From a virus (lineage: Duplodnaviria > Caudoviricetes), in the IMG/VR virus record IMGVR_UViG_3300045973_000630, positions 1-56,769 of that record: a DNA stretch of 56,769 bases; one strand, 5' to 3'. Under the pieces are notes generated by a model. The model ran no database searches. It worked only from the letters and a program-made list of their open reading frames with translations, and was not told the DNA's origin. The first letter of the stretch is position 1; the number at the start of each line of letters is the position of its first letter. Made by a program: the position numbers and the translations under genes. Positions 17,130-27,411 of this stretch are shown here, piece by piece.

Positions 17130-17175
17130 TATACAACTAAATATAGAACCTTTATAATTAAAAACGGAGGTTCTA
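17130..17175 (+). promoter_or_regulatory. promoter plus RBS-sequestering hairpin upstream of DNA polymerase
   Basis: TATACA-N17-TATAAT. Stem TAGAACCT (17144-51)/AGGTTCTA (17168-75) overlaps GGAGG. Confidence 0.7.
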
Positions 17176-19962
17176 ATGACTTGGCCGACTAAATATAATT
17201 TAATAGATTCAGAAGAACTTATATCTAAAACTGATCAATATTTAATGAACGAAGATGGAACTCCCAAATTTCCGGTAATTTCGTTGGACACTGAAACTAA
17301 CGGACTAGCCTTGTATAAGACCTCAATAGTTGGTATATCCTTCTCAGTAGATCAATATCATGGATTCTATCTTCCATTATTAATATGGAAATCTGATCCA
17401 AATTCTAAAAAATTAAGAACAAAAGATGGAATTAAGCGAGAAGTTTTAACAGACGGACAACTATATTGTCCATGGACCGATACTTATTACGATGAATTTG
17501 TAAAACCACAAGATGTAAAGTACCCAGACTGGGTTCCGGCTATTATCGAACGTTGGTTTGGAAAGACTCAGTTATTTGCATGGAATGCGCCATTTGATAT
17601 AAACCATATTTTTATAAACTTTGGAATAGACCTAAAAAACAATTTAGTAGTAGATGGCGGATTATTAACTCATATTCTAAATGAAAATGAATCAGTCGGA
17701 TTAAAAGAGACCGCCAATAGATATGCTGCACAATTAGGATTTAATCAATATGTGCTGGCTACTGCTGAAAAAGAAGAATTAAAAGGTTCAATAATTCGTA
17801 ATGGAGGAACGGGAACTCAAGTATGGCGAGCAGATATAGAACCTCAAATGCATTACGCGGCTCAGGACACTATGTTGACTCATGGGCTTATACCTTTACT
17901 ATTACAAGATTTATATCAAGAACGTGGCGAGGATTATGCACAATTAGAATCTTGGATTTTCGATCAAGAAGTAATGCCCTTATGTAAAGAAGTAATAATT
18001 GATTTGAAACGAAATGGAATTTTCTTAGATGTTCCACATTTTGAAAAGTTAAGAGATCAGAATGCTAAAAAGTTAATAGAACTAGAAGATAACTTTATTT
18101 TAGCAATTACACCTTATTTAAAAGATTTCGAAAAGGGTAAATCTTTAGATGAAGCAATTTCGCACCAAAGACTAGTTAAAAAAATTATAGAGTTAGAAGG
18201 TTTAGAACTTCCACAAGTTTTAGATAAAAAGACTGGAGAGACCAAGGAAAGTTTAGCGAAGGCTGTAGTTAAGAAGACTTATGAAGAAACTCCGCATTGG
18301 ATTTGGGGTTATATCTTAGGTCAAGATGAGATTAAATACTCAGAAGCAAAACTAAATAAAATTAAACAAGAACTATATGAAGAAGTTGAAGGTCGAAGGT
18401 ATCGGTTTAATTTAGGATCCAGTGATCATTTAGTTTGGCTATTCTTTGATAAATTGAAGGAAAATAGACACTTATTTGAAAAAACAGCAGGATCTACCGA
18501 AGAAGAATGGAAACCATCATTAGATGCAGACCAAATCAAAACTCATTTATTACCAAAATATGCGTGGGTTAACTACCTTTTGAAGTATAAAAAGATTCTT
18601 AAGATTCAATCAACATATGTAGAACCAGCATTAGAACTACATATTGACGGATGGATGAGAGTAGATTATAAACAAAATGGAACTACCTCAGGTAGGTTTT
18701 CATGCGCTGGTGGATATAACTTACAGACACTTCCGCGGGTTGAGGATGAACAAGAAGCATTAGAACAATGTAGTAAATGTAATTCTAAGAATATTGAATT
18801 AGATGAGTATATTGAATGTGCCGCAAATGTTATATGTGGAGATTGTGGACATATCGAGCATGATATTACTAGACCTTCAGCAATTAAAAAGGGGTTCATA
18901 GCACCCCCGGGATATAAGATAGTAAATGCAGATTATGCAAGTCTTGAACCGCGGATTTTCGCTTATATTAGTGAGGAACCAGATATTAAGAAAGTTTATA
19001 GTGACGGACTCGATCTATACTCAAAAGTGTATTGTGATATGTTTGATAAAGCGGGTCAATATTCAGCAGATCCTAACGCAAAAAACTTCCTTAAAAAGGT
19101 TTACCCAAAGGGAAGAAAGCTAATAAAAGCAACAGTTTTGGGAATTCCGTATGGCGCAGGTAACGCCCAGGTCGCAACTATGACTGGACATACAATAAAG
19201 TCTACAAAACCAAATAAACATGGCATTTATGAAGAACGTCCAGATGTTGCAAAAGGAAAAGAACTTAGAGATTTATATCTAGCAACTTATCCTAGACTTT
19301 CTTATTATATGGAACGAATGGAGCGGCAAGCGGTAGAACTTGGATATGTACAATGTAAGTATGGAAGACGCCGGCATTTTGAATGGGCTAAACTAATTGG
19401 TGACTTTTTAGAGCAACTTCCTACTAAGAATGATTTTCATTATGATCAAATGTCTAAAGTAAATTCATTGGTTCAAGTAAGTAGTACTAAGTTACAAGGA
19501 ACTAGCGTTGATATTAAAGATATAAATTCAGGAAATATTATATGGTTGTTAACTGAAAAGAATCTGGAAGAGCTATGTAAAGTTTTAAATATTAATTTTT
19601 CAGTCGATAAATTCGGAAAAGATGGATGCAAGCAAAAAGGGGGTTGGTCATACATTAAGTCACTTTTAAAAGGTGATCTTAACAATGCTAAAAACTTCCC
19701 AATTCAAGGGTTAGCAGGATCTGTAACTAACATGGGTATGCTCGTAACTGCTAGGCTTTTTAAAGAACATAATATTGACGGTTGGATTTTTACCACAGTT
19801 CATGATGAGATTGGCTGTTATGTTCGAGAAGATCAGGCAGAATTGGGGCGAGAGTTGCTTCAAAATGGTATGGAAAATAATATTTTTACACTTCCACTAG
19901 CAAACGATGTTAAAATGATAGCAGAACCTATAATATGTGACAATCTCAGAGACTCTAAATAA
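17176..19962 (+). CDS. polA: family A DNA polymerase with 3'-5' exonuclease
   Basis: DTETNG, NAPFD and YAAQD (exonuclease). TTSGRFS, NLQ, ADYASLEPR (A), RKLIKATVLGIPYG (B), NFPIQG and VHDE (C). Confidence 0.96.
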   Translation: MTWPTKYNLIDSEELISKTDQYLMNEDGTPKFPVISLDTETNGLALYKTSIVGISFSVDQYHGFYLPLLIWKSDPNSKKLRTKDGIKREVLTDGQLYCPWTDTYYDEFVKPQDVKYPDWVPAIIERWFGKTQLFAWNAPFDINHIFINFGIDLKNNLVVDGGLLTHILNENESVGLKETANRYAAQLGFNQYVLATAEKEELKGSIIRNGGTGTQVWRADIEPQMHYAAQDTMLTHGLIPLLLQDLYQERGEDYAQLESWIFDQEVMPLCKEVIIDLKRNGIFLDVPHFEKLRDQNAKKLIELEDNFILAITPYLKDFEKGKSLDEAISHQRLVKKIIELEGLELPQVLDKKTGETKESLAKAVVKKTYEETPHWIWGYILGQDEIKYSEAKLNKIKQELYEEVEGRRYRFNLGSSDHLVWLFFDKLKENRHLFEKTAGSTEEEWKPSLDADQIKTHLLPKYAWVNYLLKYKKILKIQSTYVEPALELHIDGWMRVDYKQNGTTSGRFSCAGGYNLQTLPRVEDEQEALEQCSKCNSKNIELDEYIECAANVICGDCGHIEHDITRPSAIKKGFIAPPGYKIVNADYASLEPRIFAYISEEPDIKKVYSDGLDLYSKVYCDMFDKAGQYSADPNAKNFLKKVYPKGRKLIKATVLGIPYGAGNAQVATMTGHTIKSTKPNKHGIYEERPDVAKGKELRDLYLATYPRLSYYMERMERQAVELGYVQCKYGRRRHFEWAKLIGDFLEQLPTKNDFHYDQMSKVNSLVQVSSTKLQGTSVDIKDINSGNIIWLLTEKNLEELCKVLNINFSVDKFGKDGCKQKGGWSYIKSLLKGDLNNAKNFPIQGLAGSVTNMGMLVTARLFKEHNIDGWIFTTVHDEIGCYVREDQAELGRELLQNGMENNIFTLPLANDVKMIAEPIICDNLRDSK

Positions 19963-19972
19963 AAGGAATCAA

Positions 19973-20617
19973 ATGACTAAACCTAAAATCATAGCATTTT
20001 GCGGAGCTAAAGGTTCTGGCAAATCAACCTCAGCAGAACTTTTAAAAGAAGTTTCAAACTTAGAAATTAAAGAAGTTGCATTTGCAGATCATTTAAAATT
20101 AACATGTTCTAAAGTATTTAATTTAAATATGGATAATTTTATAAATCCTAATTTAAAAGAGCGAGAATTAGATAGTTATATTAATTTAAATAGTGTTAAT
20201 ATTATTGAAGTTTTAACTGAATTTAAAATACTTGATATAGATTACGATCGAATGGTTAGACCGCATATGGGTCAAGTTTTTGATACTCCAAGAAAGTTAC
20301 TTCAATATATTGGAACTAATCTATTACACCTTATTGATCCGCTAATTCATGTAAAATCCGCATTTGATAGTATAGACTCCACTAAATTAAATTTAATTAC
20401 AGATCTTAGATTTCCACAAGAATTTGAAGCACTTAAAGATACTGCATTATTAGTATACGTATCAAATGACCGAGCTGAGTTACTTTCATCATATGATACA
20501 CATGCTTCTGAAAAAGGCTTTTTAAAGTTTAGAGATAATTGTATAAAACTTGATAATAACCAAGATGTTCACGCACTTAGAGAAAAGATTCAACAGTTAG
20601 TTAAGGAGTACTTATGA
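19973..20617 (+). CDS. deoxynucleoside monophosphate kinase
   Basis: GAKGSGKS, FADHLK, PRKLLQYIGT, ITDLRFPQE and HASE. ATG 19973 has an AAGGA ribosome binding site. Confidence 0.88.
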   Translation: MTKPKIIAFCGAKGSGKSTSAELLKEVSNLEIKEVAFADHLKLTCSKVFNLNMDNFINPNLKERELDSYINLNSVNIIEVLTEFKILDIDYDRMVRPHMGQVFDTPRKLLQYIGTNLLHLIDPLIHVKSAFDSIDSTKLNLITDLRFPQEFEALKDTALLVYVSNDRAELLSSYDTHASEKGFLKFRDNCIKLDNNQDVHALREKIQQLVKEYL

Positions 20618-21024
20618 ATAAATATGGAATAGTCGGAATTTTAGTTTTAGTCGTTGCAATAATAAGCGCCGGAGTTACTAGATACTACTTCCCAAAAATT
20701 GAAGTTAAAAATGTAGAAGTTACTAAAGAAGTAGTGCGTAATGATATTAAGACTGTAACTAGAATCGTGGAGCGACCAGACGGCACTAAGGAGTCAGTTA
20801 TAGAAGTAGTAGATAAATCTATTAAGAAGGAAACAATCGCTAAGGAGACGACAATAGCGGCAAAGTCTAAATGGTTAGTTGGCGGAGGTATAGCGTATAG
20901 TATTCCCAATAATAAACCTGAATATGAATTAAGTCTTCAAAAGCGAGTTATAGGACCTTTATTTCTAGGGGGCAAAGTTACTACTGCAAAGACTATAGGG
21001 TTAACTATTGGAATGGAATTTTGA
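20614..21024 (+). CDS. membrane-anchored protein with beta-rich C-terminus ending in Phe
   Basis: N-terminal hydrophobic helix, V/K/E-rich middle, C-terminus ...IGLTIGMEF. Confidence 0.7.
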   Translation: MNKYGIVGILVLVVAIISAGVTRYYFPKIEVKNVEVTKEVVRNDIKTVTRIVERPDGTKESVIEVVDKSIKKETIAKETTIAAKSKWLVGGGIAYSIPNNKPEYELSLQKRVIGPLFLGGKVTTAKTIGLTIGMEF

Positions 21025-21073
21025 GACTCACAATCGGGAATAAACTAGATAAAGTTAGATTTGGAGATAACCA

Positions 21074-21460
21074 ATGTATCATTTTAATGATCTACAAAAT
21101 TTAGTTCAAGAAAATTTAGACTTAATAGAGATTACTAAAAACTCATTTTCAGAGGCCAGAGAACGTGCCGCAAAGTTCTTAGTAGTTCAAGCAATCTTAT
21201 CAAATCATTTAAAAGATTTAGAAGATATTAAAGTAAAAGCTTCAACAATAGAAAAAGCTCAGTTCGCACAATCAGTATTATGTGCAAGTGGTAAAAACAT
21301 TACTGAAAATAAAATGCAGGCCGAAGCAGATCCAGTTTACGCTGCAACTAGGGAGTCTTTAGAATTAGTAGATAGTGAATTAAACTGGACAAAGCGTCAT
21401 TATGAAATATTCGCGCAAGGCCATGTCTTATTTAGGCAGATAGCAAGCGATCAAAAGTAA
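21074..21460 (+). CDS. helical protein, possible UvsY-like recombination mediator
   Basis: Size, helical pattern, AEADPVY and position immediately upstream of the recombinase. Confidence 0.45.
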   Translation: MYHFNDLQNLVQENLDLIEITKNSFSEARERAAKFLVVQAILSNHLKDLEDIKVKASTIEKAQFAQSVLCASGKNITENKMQAEADPVYAATRESLELVDSELNWTKRHYEIFAQGHVLFRQIASDQK

Positions 21461-21468
21461 GGATTAAA

Positions 21469-22380
21469 ATGAGCAAATTTGATTTTTCAAAAACAATAAA
21501 ACGGGTACAAGATTCCTATAAAAAAGATCCAAGAATGTCCAACCAAATTGGAGATGGACTAACTTTAGAAGAAATTTCTCATAATCCAGAAGATTATGTT
21601 GTAATGGCGCCTTGGTGGGAAGAGAAATTTGGGGTAATGGGGTTAAAAACTGGGCATATGGTGCAAGTTGCGGGAAAGTCAGATTCTGGCAAAACATCTA
21701 TTGCATTAGACGCAATGAAGCGAGCTCAAACACAAGGATACGGAATAATTTACGTTGAAACTGAGAGTAAGACTGGCCCAGAAGATTTAATAGCAGGCGG
21801 AATAGATCCCGCAGGTGTGATTTGTATAAATTCCTCGATAACTGAGGAAGCGTTTGAACTAGGTTTAAAAGCTTGGGATTCTTTTTTTACTGATTTTCCA
21901 GATGAAAAATTATTATTTGTATATGACTCATTTGGAAATACTACGTCTATTAGAGATAGCGGGTTATCGATGACTGAAAAAGGAGCGATGGTTGGTGGCG
22001 CCGCTAAAACAAATAGAACCGGGCTTTCAATAATGCGCGCCAAAATGATAAAAGACAAGGTGGCCGTTCTTTTAATAAATCGAACATACGACAATATTGG
22101 TGGAGTTGGTCGGACAAACGCAGGTGGCGGCTCTATTGACTTTTTTTCAATGTTAACTGTACAAACATCCAGAAAGGGCTGGTATGAAAAAACAGTTAAA
22201 GGCGAGAAGATGAGAGCAGGTTGTACGGTAGTGTGGTCCGTGTTCAAAAACCATTACAGTAAACATATCAAGGGCTTAGACGGAAAACCAAGAATGTTTC
22301 CGAAATCTATAGAACTAAAAATTACAGGAGAGGGAATTTCTCCGGTAGATTTAAAAGAAGAAGACGATTCCGAAGATTAA
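21469..22380 (+). CDS. recA: RecA/UvsX-like recombinase
   Basis: GKSDSGKT, YVETE, FVYDS, LLIN, AGGG and KN motifs. Confidence 0.88.
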   Translation: MSKFDFSKTIKRVQDSYKKDPRMSNQIGDGLTLEEISHNPEDYVVMAPWWEEKFGVMGLKTGHMVQVAGKSDSGKTSIALDAMKRAQTQGYGIIYVETESKTGPEDLIAGGIDPAGVICINSSITEEAFELGLKAWDSFFTDFPDEKLLFVYDSFGNTTSIRDSGLSMTEKGAMVGGAAKTNRTGLSIMRAKMIKDKVAVLLINRTYDNIGGVGRTNAGGGSIDFFSMLTVQTSRKGWYEKTVKGEKMRAGCTVVWSVFKNHYSKHIKGLDGKPRMFPKSIELKITGEGISPVDLKEEDDSED

Positions 22381-22382
22381 AC

Positions 22383-22427
22383 CTTACAATATAGCCTAGG
22401 TTAACTATAATAGTAGTAACCTAGGAG
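22383..22427 (+). promoter_or_regulatory. promoter plus RBS-sequestering hairpin upstream of sbcD
   Basis: CTTACA-N17-TATAAT. Stem CCTAGGTTA/TAACCTAGG overlaps AGGAG. Confidence 0.7.
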
Positions 22428-22434
22428 TATCTAA

Positions 22435-23403
22435 ATGTCTATAAAGTATACTATTATCGGCGACCCACATTGTACACCTAAAAATTTAGACAAAATTGCA
22501 CAGTTATTAGACCAAGCAGAAGACCTCGGTAATACCGTTATTATTCTAGGCGATCTACTAGACACAAAGTCTGTAGTTAGATCTGAATGTCTTAATTTAT
22601 ATTTTGAAAAACTTAGTAAGTCTAAACTCTCGTTTTACATACTAGTGGGAAACCATGATTATCATAATTTACAATGTGAAGATCATTCACTTAAAACTTT
22701 AAAAGCACTCTCAAATGTAATCATTATTGATCAAGTTTTTCAAACAGAATGGGCTACGTTTTTACCGTTTATACAAGATAAATCAAAACTTAAAGAAATA
22801 TTAGAAAGTACTCCCGAAGATCACGTAGTTTTTGGACATTTTGAGGTAACTCAATTTGACTTCGGAAATGGTCACATATGTGAAGACGGACTAACTTTAG
22901 AAGATTTTAGTAGATTCAAACGAGTCATTTCAGGGCATTTCCATAAACATCAAGTTACTGATAATTTCACTTATTTAGGCACACCTTTTAGTCATTCCTT
23001 TGGAGAAGCTAATCAAGTTAAGTATATAGCAGAATATGAAATAATTCAAGATACTTTAAATTTAATCCAAACTACCTTTCCACAACATGTTAGTTTAAAG
23101 TTAGATATATCTACGAAAACTGCAGATACTAAACTTAAAAAGTTCCTTAAAGATAATGTTAATAATATAGTACGCGTTCAATTAGCTGGAACTTCTGAGC
23201 AAATCTCCCAGTTTAAAAAACCAGAAGGTCTTATTAAATGGGAAGAAAAACCAATAAGTACTTTTGATAATTCTATAAGTTTAGATGAAACTTTAGATAA
23301 TAAAAGTCAATTTGCAACTTGGGCTACTCAAATTAAAAAGTTAGATCTGGAAACTATAAAACTTGGACTCTCAATTTTAGAGAATTTGAAAGGTGGAATC
23401 TAA
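22435..23403 (+). CDS. sbcD: SbcD/Mre11-like nuclease subunit
   Basis: GDPH, GDLLD, GNHD, GH, SGHFH and YLGTP. Confidence 0.92.
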   Translation: MSIKYTIIGDPHCTPKNLDKIAQLLDQAEDLGNTVIILGDLLDTKSVVRSECLNLYFEKLSKSKLSFYILVGNHDYHNLQCEDHSLKTLKALSNVIIIDQVFQTEWATFLPFIQDKSKLKEILESTPEDHVVFGHFEVTQFDFGNGHICEDGLTLEDFSRFKRVISGHFHKHQVTDNFTYLGTPFSHSFGEANQVKYIAEYEIIQDTLNLIQTTFPQHVSLKLDISTKTADTKLKKFLKDNVNNIVRVQLAGTSEQISQFKKPEGLIKWEEKPISTFDNSISLDETLDNKSQFATWATQIKKLDLETIKLGLSILENLKGGI

Positions 23404-25526
23404 TGTTAGAAAAAATCATAGCTTCAAATTTCTTATCTTGGTCACAATTAGAGTTTACAGTTACTACTGGTGTTTGTTTAATTGATGGTCAAAACCTTGA
23501 TGATGGTCGTTCTGAAGGTTCTGGAAAGTCGAGTATATTAAATGCTATTTGCTGGGGAAGTTACGGAAGAGTCCCAAAAGAACTCAATGTGGATGAAGTG
23601 ATAAAAGACGGAGAAGAGTCTTGTTTTGTTATTCTTTTATTTAAAAACGGTGATAAATTACGAAGATCCAGAAAACCTAATGATTTGTTTCTACAATTAG
23701 CTAGTGGCAAAATCGTTAAAGGAAAAGATGCAAAAGAGACACAAGTTTTAGTAGAAGAGTACCTCGGATGTAATTTTGAAACCTTTTGTCAATCTGTATA
23801 TTTTGCCCAAGATTTTAATAAGAAGTTCCTAGGGTCGAATCAAGAAGATAAAGCTAAAATACTAGCTAATATTCAAAATTTACAGATATTTGATAAAGCT
23901 CGAAAAGAAGTAATGGACCTATTAAAAGTAGAAGAATCTAAAGTCAAAACTACGGAAAGTCAGTTACAAGTTAATAGATCAAAACAAGACGGAATAACTA
24001 GTCAAATTAAACTAATAGAGAACTTTATTGAGGAAAAAGTACAAAGACATAATCAACAAGTTGAACAATTACAATTACAATATGCGGGTATTCAAGATCA
24101 TATAGAACAAGCTGAGTATACAAAAAATCAATATCAAGAACAAATAACTAATAAAATTAATGAATCTTCAGATATTTCTGAGCAAGAACTTCTAGAATTA
24201 AAAGATACAAAACAAACTGAATTAAATGTATTATTAGTTAATTATGGACAAATAAAAGTTATAAAAGATAACTTAGCACAAAAAGAATATGAAGGACAAG
24301 CTTTAGCTCGTAAATATCAACAGTTACTGGATAAACAAAATATTTACACAAATCAAAAAGTTAATAGCACTATTACTAGATTGTATGCCGCAAAGACTAG
24401 CGCGGAAGGTTATCAGCAAACTACACAATACTCAAGACTTATAACTAAACAATTAAATATTCAAAAACTGATAGATACACCACCCAAACAGTGTCCAACT
24501 TGCGGATCTAGTGCTAAGTATGTTCCAGATACTGCTCAGTTTAATATAGAACTTCAACAAATAAATGAGGAACTAACTGAGTTAGCTGAGCAAAGCGCTA
24601 GACAAGTTATTCAAATTGAAAAAGAGATACAACTTGCAGATGCCCAATTTCAGGCAGATAGAGAACAAATTAGTGTCGAACTTGTTGAGATTTTAGAACA
24701 ATTACAAGTTATTTCGGACTTTTTAGATCAAAACCCGTTGCCTGATTCGGAGCAGTTCGCTAAAACTGAGAATATACTTAGAATACAACTTAAACAAATA
24801 GATCAAAGTATCTCAAAAATTAAACAAGGTAACTTTGAGTTGGATCAATTACATCAGCAGATGACTAGACTAAACATACAAGTTGATGGATTAGTATCGC
24901 AACAACAAAGAGTACAAGAGCAATTAGCACAACTTGGAGAACCCGATACGGCAGTAGATTTCGCAAAAATCGGAGTATTGCACAGTCAATTAGGTCAATT
25001 TTTAGATCAAGAAGTATTATTAAATAGTTTAGTTAGTAAGTCTAGAATTTATATCGATCAATTGGAAGCTCTTAAAGATGGATTTAAAGAGATCAAATCA
25101 TATGTATTTTCGCAAGCTTTAAATGAACTAAACTTTAAAACTAATGAGTATTTAGCACAATTATTTGAAGTAGATGCTAAAATTAACTTTATAAGTGAAG
25201 ACCAAAAAATTCAATCAAATATTACATTAAACGGAGTACCTAGAGCTCTCGGGGCACTTTCCGGAGGTCAAAATCAAAGGTTTAACTTAGCAGTTGATTT
25301 AGCGTTATCTGATATTGTTAACTCAAGAGGATCATCTAAATTAGGTATCATCATTTTTGACGAGTACTTTAAGAATCTCTCAGAAACTTCTATGGAAAAA
25401 TGTCTAGAGATACTAAAAGAGAGAAAAACCCCAGTCATTGTGATAGAGCACAACAGTCTAATTAAAAATATTGTAGATAATGTATTTTTCGTAACATTGC
25501 AAAATGGCACAAGCTTTGTAGCTTAG
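23403..25526 (+). CDS. sbcC: SbcC/Rad50-like ATPase subunit
   Basis: GSGKSS, coiled coils, zinc hook CPTCG, LSGGQ, FDE and IEH. Confidence 0.93.
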   Translation: MLEKIIASNFLSWSQLEFTVTTGVCLIDGQNLDDGRSEGSGKSSILNAICWGSYGRVPKELNVDEVIKDGEESCFVILLFKNGDKLRRSRKPNDLFLQLASGKIVKGKDAKETQVLVEEYLGCNFETFCQSVYFAQDFNKKFLGSNQEDKAKILANIQNLQIFDKARKEVMDLLKVEESKVKTTESQLQVNRSKQDGITSQIKLIENFIEEKVQRHNQQVEQLQLQYAGIQDHIEQAEYTKNQYQEQITNKINESSDISEQELLELKDTKQTELNVLLVNYGQIKVIKDNLAQKEYEGQALARKYQQLLDKQNIYTNQKVNSTITRLYAAKTSAEGYQQTTQYSRLITKQLNIQKLIDTPPKQCPTCGSSAKYVPDTAQFNIELQQINEELTELAEQSARQVIQIEKEIQLADAQFQADREQISVELVEILEQLQVISDFLDQNPLPDSEQFAKTENILRIQLKQIDQSISKIKQGNFELDQLHQQMTRLNIQVDGLVSQQQRVQEQLAQLGEPDTAVDFAKIGVLHSQLGQFLDQEVLLNSLVSKSRIYIDQLEALKDGFKEIKSYVFSQALNELNFKTNEYLAQLFEVDAKINFISEDQKIQSNITLNGVPRALGALSGGQNQRFNLAVDLALSDIVNSRGSSKLGIIIFDEYFKNLSETSMEKCLEILKERKTPVIVIEHNSLIKNIVDNVFFVTLQNGTSFVA

Positions 25527-25536
25527 AAGGTTTATA

Positions 25537-25851
25537 ATGGCGTTAAGAGTATATAGAAATAAAGAAACCGGCGAAGAAATTAGGTCCTTAAAACAATTAG
25601 ATCCTGCTAAATTTGAAGAACTAATAATAGCACCCAATCAAAAGTTTATGATTGCTGCAAATGCCGAAAAGGGTACATCTAAAATTAAAGATAGTGATAA
25701 GATGCTAAAAGCTAGGGCGAGGAATCATTCTAGAGATGTACTTGGAGATGACACTATCCAGATTAATCTAGCAGCAGGAAGTAAAGAGTCCGTATCGAGA
25801 AACTTATTAAATGAATCTAGAACCCGCAGAAGAAAGATTGATGATATCTAG
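25537..25851 (+). CDS. hypothetical protein
   Basis: ORF with GAAGG upstream. Confidence 0.7.
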   Translation: MALRVYRNKETGEEIRSLKQLDPAKFEELIIAPNQKFMIAANAEKGTSKIKDSDKMLKARARNHSRDVLGDDTIQINLAAGSKESVSRNLLNESRTRRRKIDDI

Positions 25852-25870
25852 TTTAAGTTATAATTAGAGA

Positions 25871-26467
25871 ATGAAAACTTTCTTAGCAATAGATCTTAGC
25901 ACTACCTGTACAGGCTGGGCAGTATTTAATTTAGAAACTCATGAGTTAATCACTTATGGGTTTATAAAAGGTAAAACAGTCAAAGATAACTCTAAATGGA
26001 GAGCCACATTACTTAGATTAACAGCAATGGCTGAAACTATTAAGAAAGTAATTGAAGAACATAAGCCAACAAAAATTTGCATAGAGGAAATCGCGGGAAG
26101 TAAGAATCGAATAGGTCAAAAAACCCTGGATATGCAACACGGGATTTTATGGCACCATATTTCAGAATATTTAGATATTGTAGATTATTATGATGTATCG
26201 GGAGCAGCTGGTTGGCGCACGCATTTAAAGCTTAAGTTATCAGATGCAGACAAATTAGCAAATAAAGAAGCCAAGAAATTAAATCCTAAACTTGGAAAAG
26301 GTATTCCAAAGTTGCCCATATATGATGCAAAAGACCTCGCGGCTCGATATGTTAACAGTACTTATAAGTTACAGTTAGACCCACAAATGATTCAATCTGA
26401 TGCAGATGTAGCCGATTCTATAGCCATCGGGAGTGCTTACCTAAAATTTAAGTTTCCAAAGTCTTAG
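25871..26467 (+). CDS. RuvC-like Holliday junction resolvase
   Basis: LAIDLSTTCTGWAV, ICIEE and DVADSIAI. Confidence 0.85.
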   Translation: MKTFLAIDLSTTCTGWAVFNLETHELITYGFIKGKTVKDNSKWRATLLRLTAMAETIKKVIEEHKPTKICIEEIAGSKNRIGQKTLDMQHGILWHHISEYLDIVDYYDVSGAAGWRTHLKLKLSDADKLANKEAKKLNPKLGKGIPKLPIYDAKDLAARYVNSTYKLQLDPQMIQSDADVADSIAIGSAYLKFKFPKS

Positions 26468-26487
26468 TTCTATGCTAAGATTTAGAT

Positions 26488-26847
26488 ATGGAAACAAATA
26501 ATACTGATTCTAAATACCAATTAAACGCAATGAAATGGCTCTTCGAGTTAGAGGTTTTAAATAATCCGCAAGTAATCAATACTATAAAATTTAATATTTT
26601 AGCAGTATCCAACTCCATAAAAGAGACAGAACTTCTAATCTTTCGGGAAAATAAGGCAATTTTAGTTTTAATTAAATTAAACTGGTTTGGAAGGACCTTT
26701 CACAAAAATCAAATTATCTCAGATATTCACGAACAATTACGTCTATTATTACCATCATTTAACTTTAGAGTAACTGAAGACCCTAAGATAATGGAGTTAG
26801 CAGTAGCTCAAGTTAAACACGCCGTTTCGGGAGGTGCTAATGCTTAA
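26488..26847 (+). CDS. hypothetical protein
   Basis: ORF in operon context. Confidence 0.7.
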   Translation: METNNTDSKYQLNAMKWLFELEVLNNPQVINTIKFNILAVSNSIKETELLIFRENKAILVLIKLNWFGRTFHKNQIISDIHEQLRLLLPSFNFRVTEDPKIMELAVAQVKHAVSGGANA

Positions 26848-27379
26848 GACACTTATTTTGTCAATATTGATACTTTTTTCATTAAAAACTAAAGATCTAA
26901 AACTAACTCAAGTAACTCAAGTTACGTCCAAAGTTACTAAAATTTATGCTCAGATCACCAAAAATCATCCTAAATTAGACAAAAATTATGCGACCCGATT
27001 AGCTATTGCAATCGAGTCAAAAACGACTAAATATAAGTTGTCACCTACTGTTTTTACAGCAATGTTAATGCAAGAGTCCGGATATCGAATAGATGCTAAG
27101 AATATAGTTTGTGGTAGATCAGTAAGCACTGGCAAATCTGATTGTGTGGTTCAAGATTGGGGAGTTGGTCAAATTAACCGCAAAACAGTAAAAGCTTTTA
27201 AGTTTGATCAAAAGCGATTAATTACAGATTTAGAGTATTCTATAGAAGCTGCAGCCTTAGTTTTAGCTAATTTCAAGAAAGCTTATGGAACTAGCGATAA
27301 GGAGTACTGGACTCGGTATAACTCCGGAGTTTCTAGCAAACGGCACTTTTACAAAAGACTAGTTACGCGATACTTCTAA
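26834..27379 (+). CDS. lytic transglycosylase (SLT family) with N-terminal signal/anchor
   Basis: MQESGY (catalytic Glu), DWGVGQIN and RYNSG. Hydrophobic N-terminus. Confidence 0.85.
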   Translation: MLMLKTLILSILILFSLKTKDLKLTQVTQVTSKVTKIYAQITKNHPKLDKNYATRLAIAIESKTTKYKLSPTVFTAMLMQESGYRIDAKNIVCGRSVSTGKSDCVVQDWGVGQINRKTVKAFKFDQKRLITDLEYSIEAAALVLANFKKAYGTSDKEYWTRYNSGVSSKRHFYKRLVTRYF

Positions 27380-27411
27380 CTTATTGAATATAGTCTGTTA
27401 TAATTAACTTC

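Noticed and set aside
18730-18880. Intein in the DNA polymerase
   Set aside because: The insert is short and lacks block A/B motifs and a His-Asn end.
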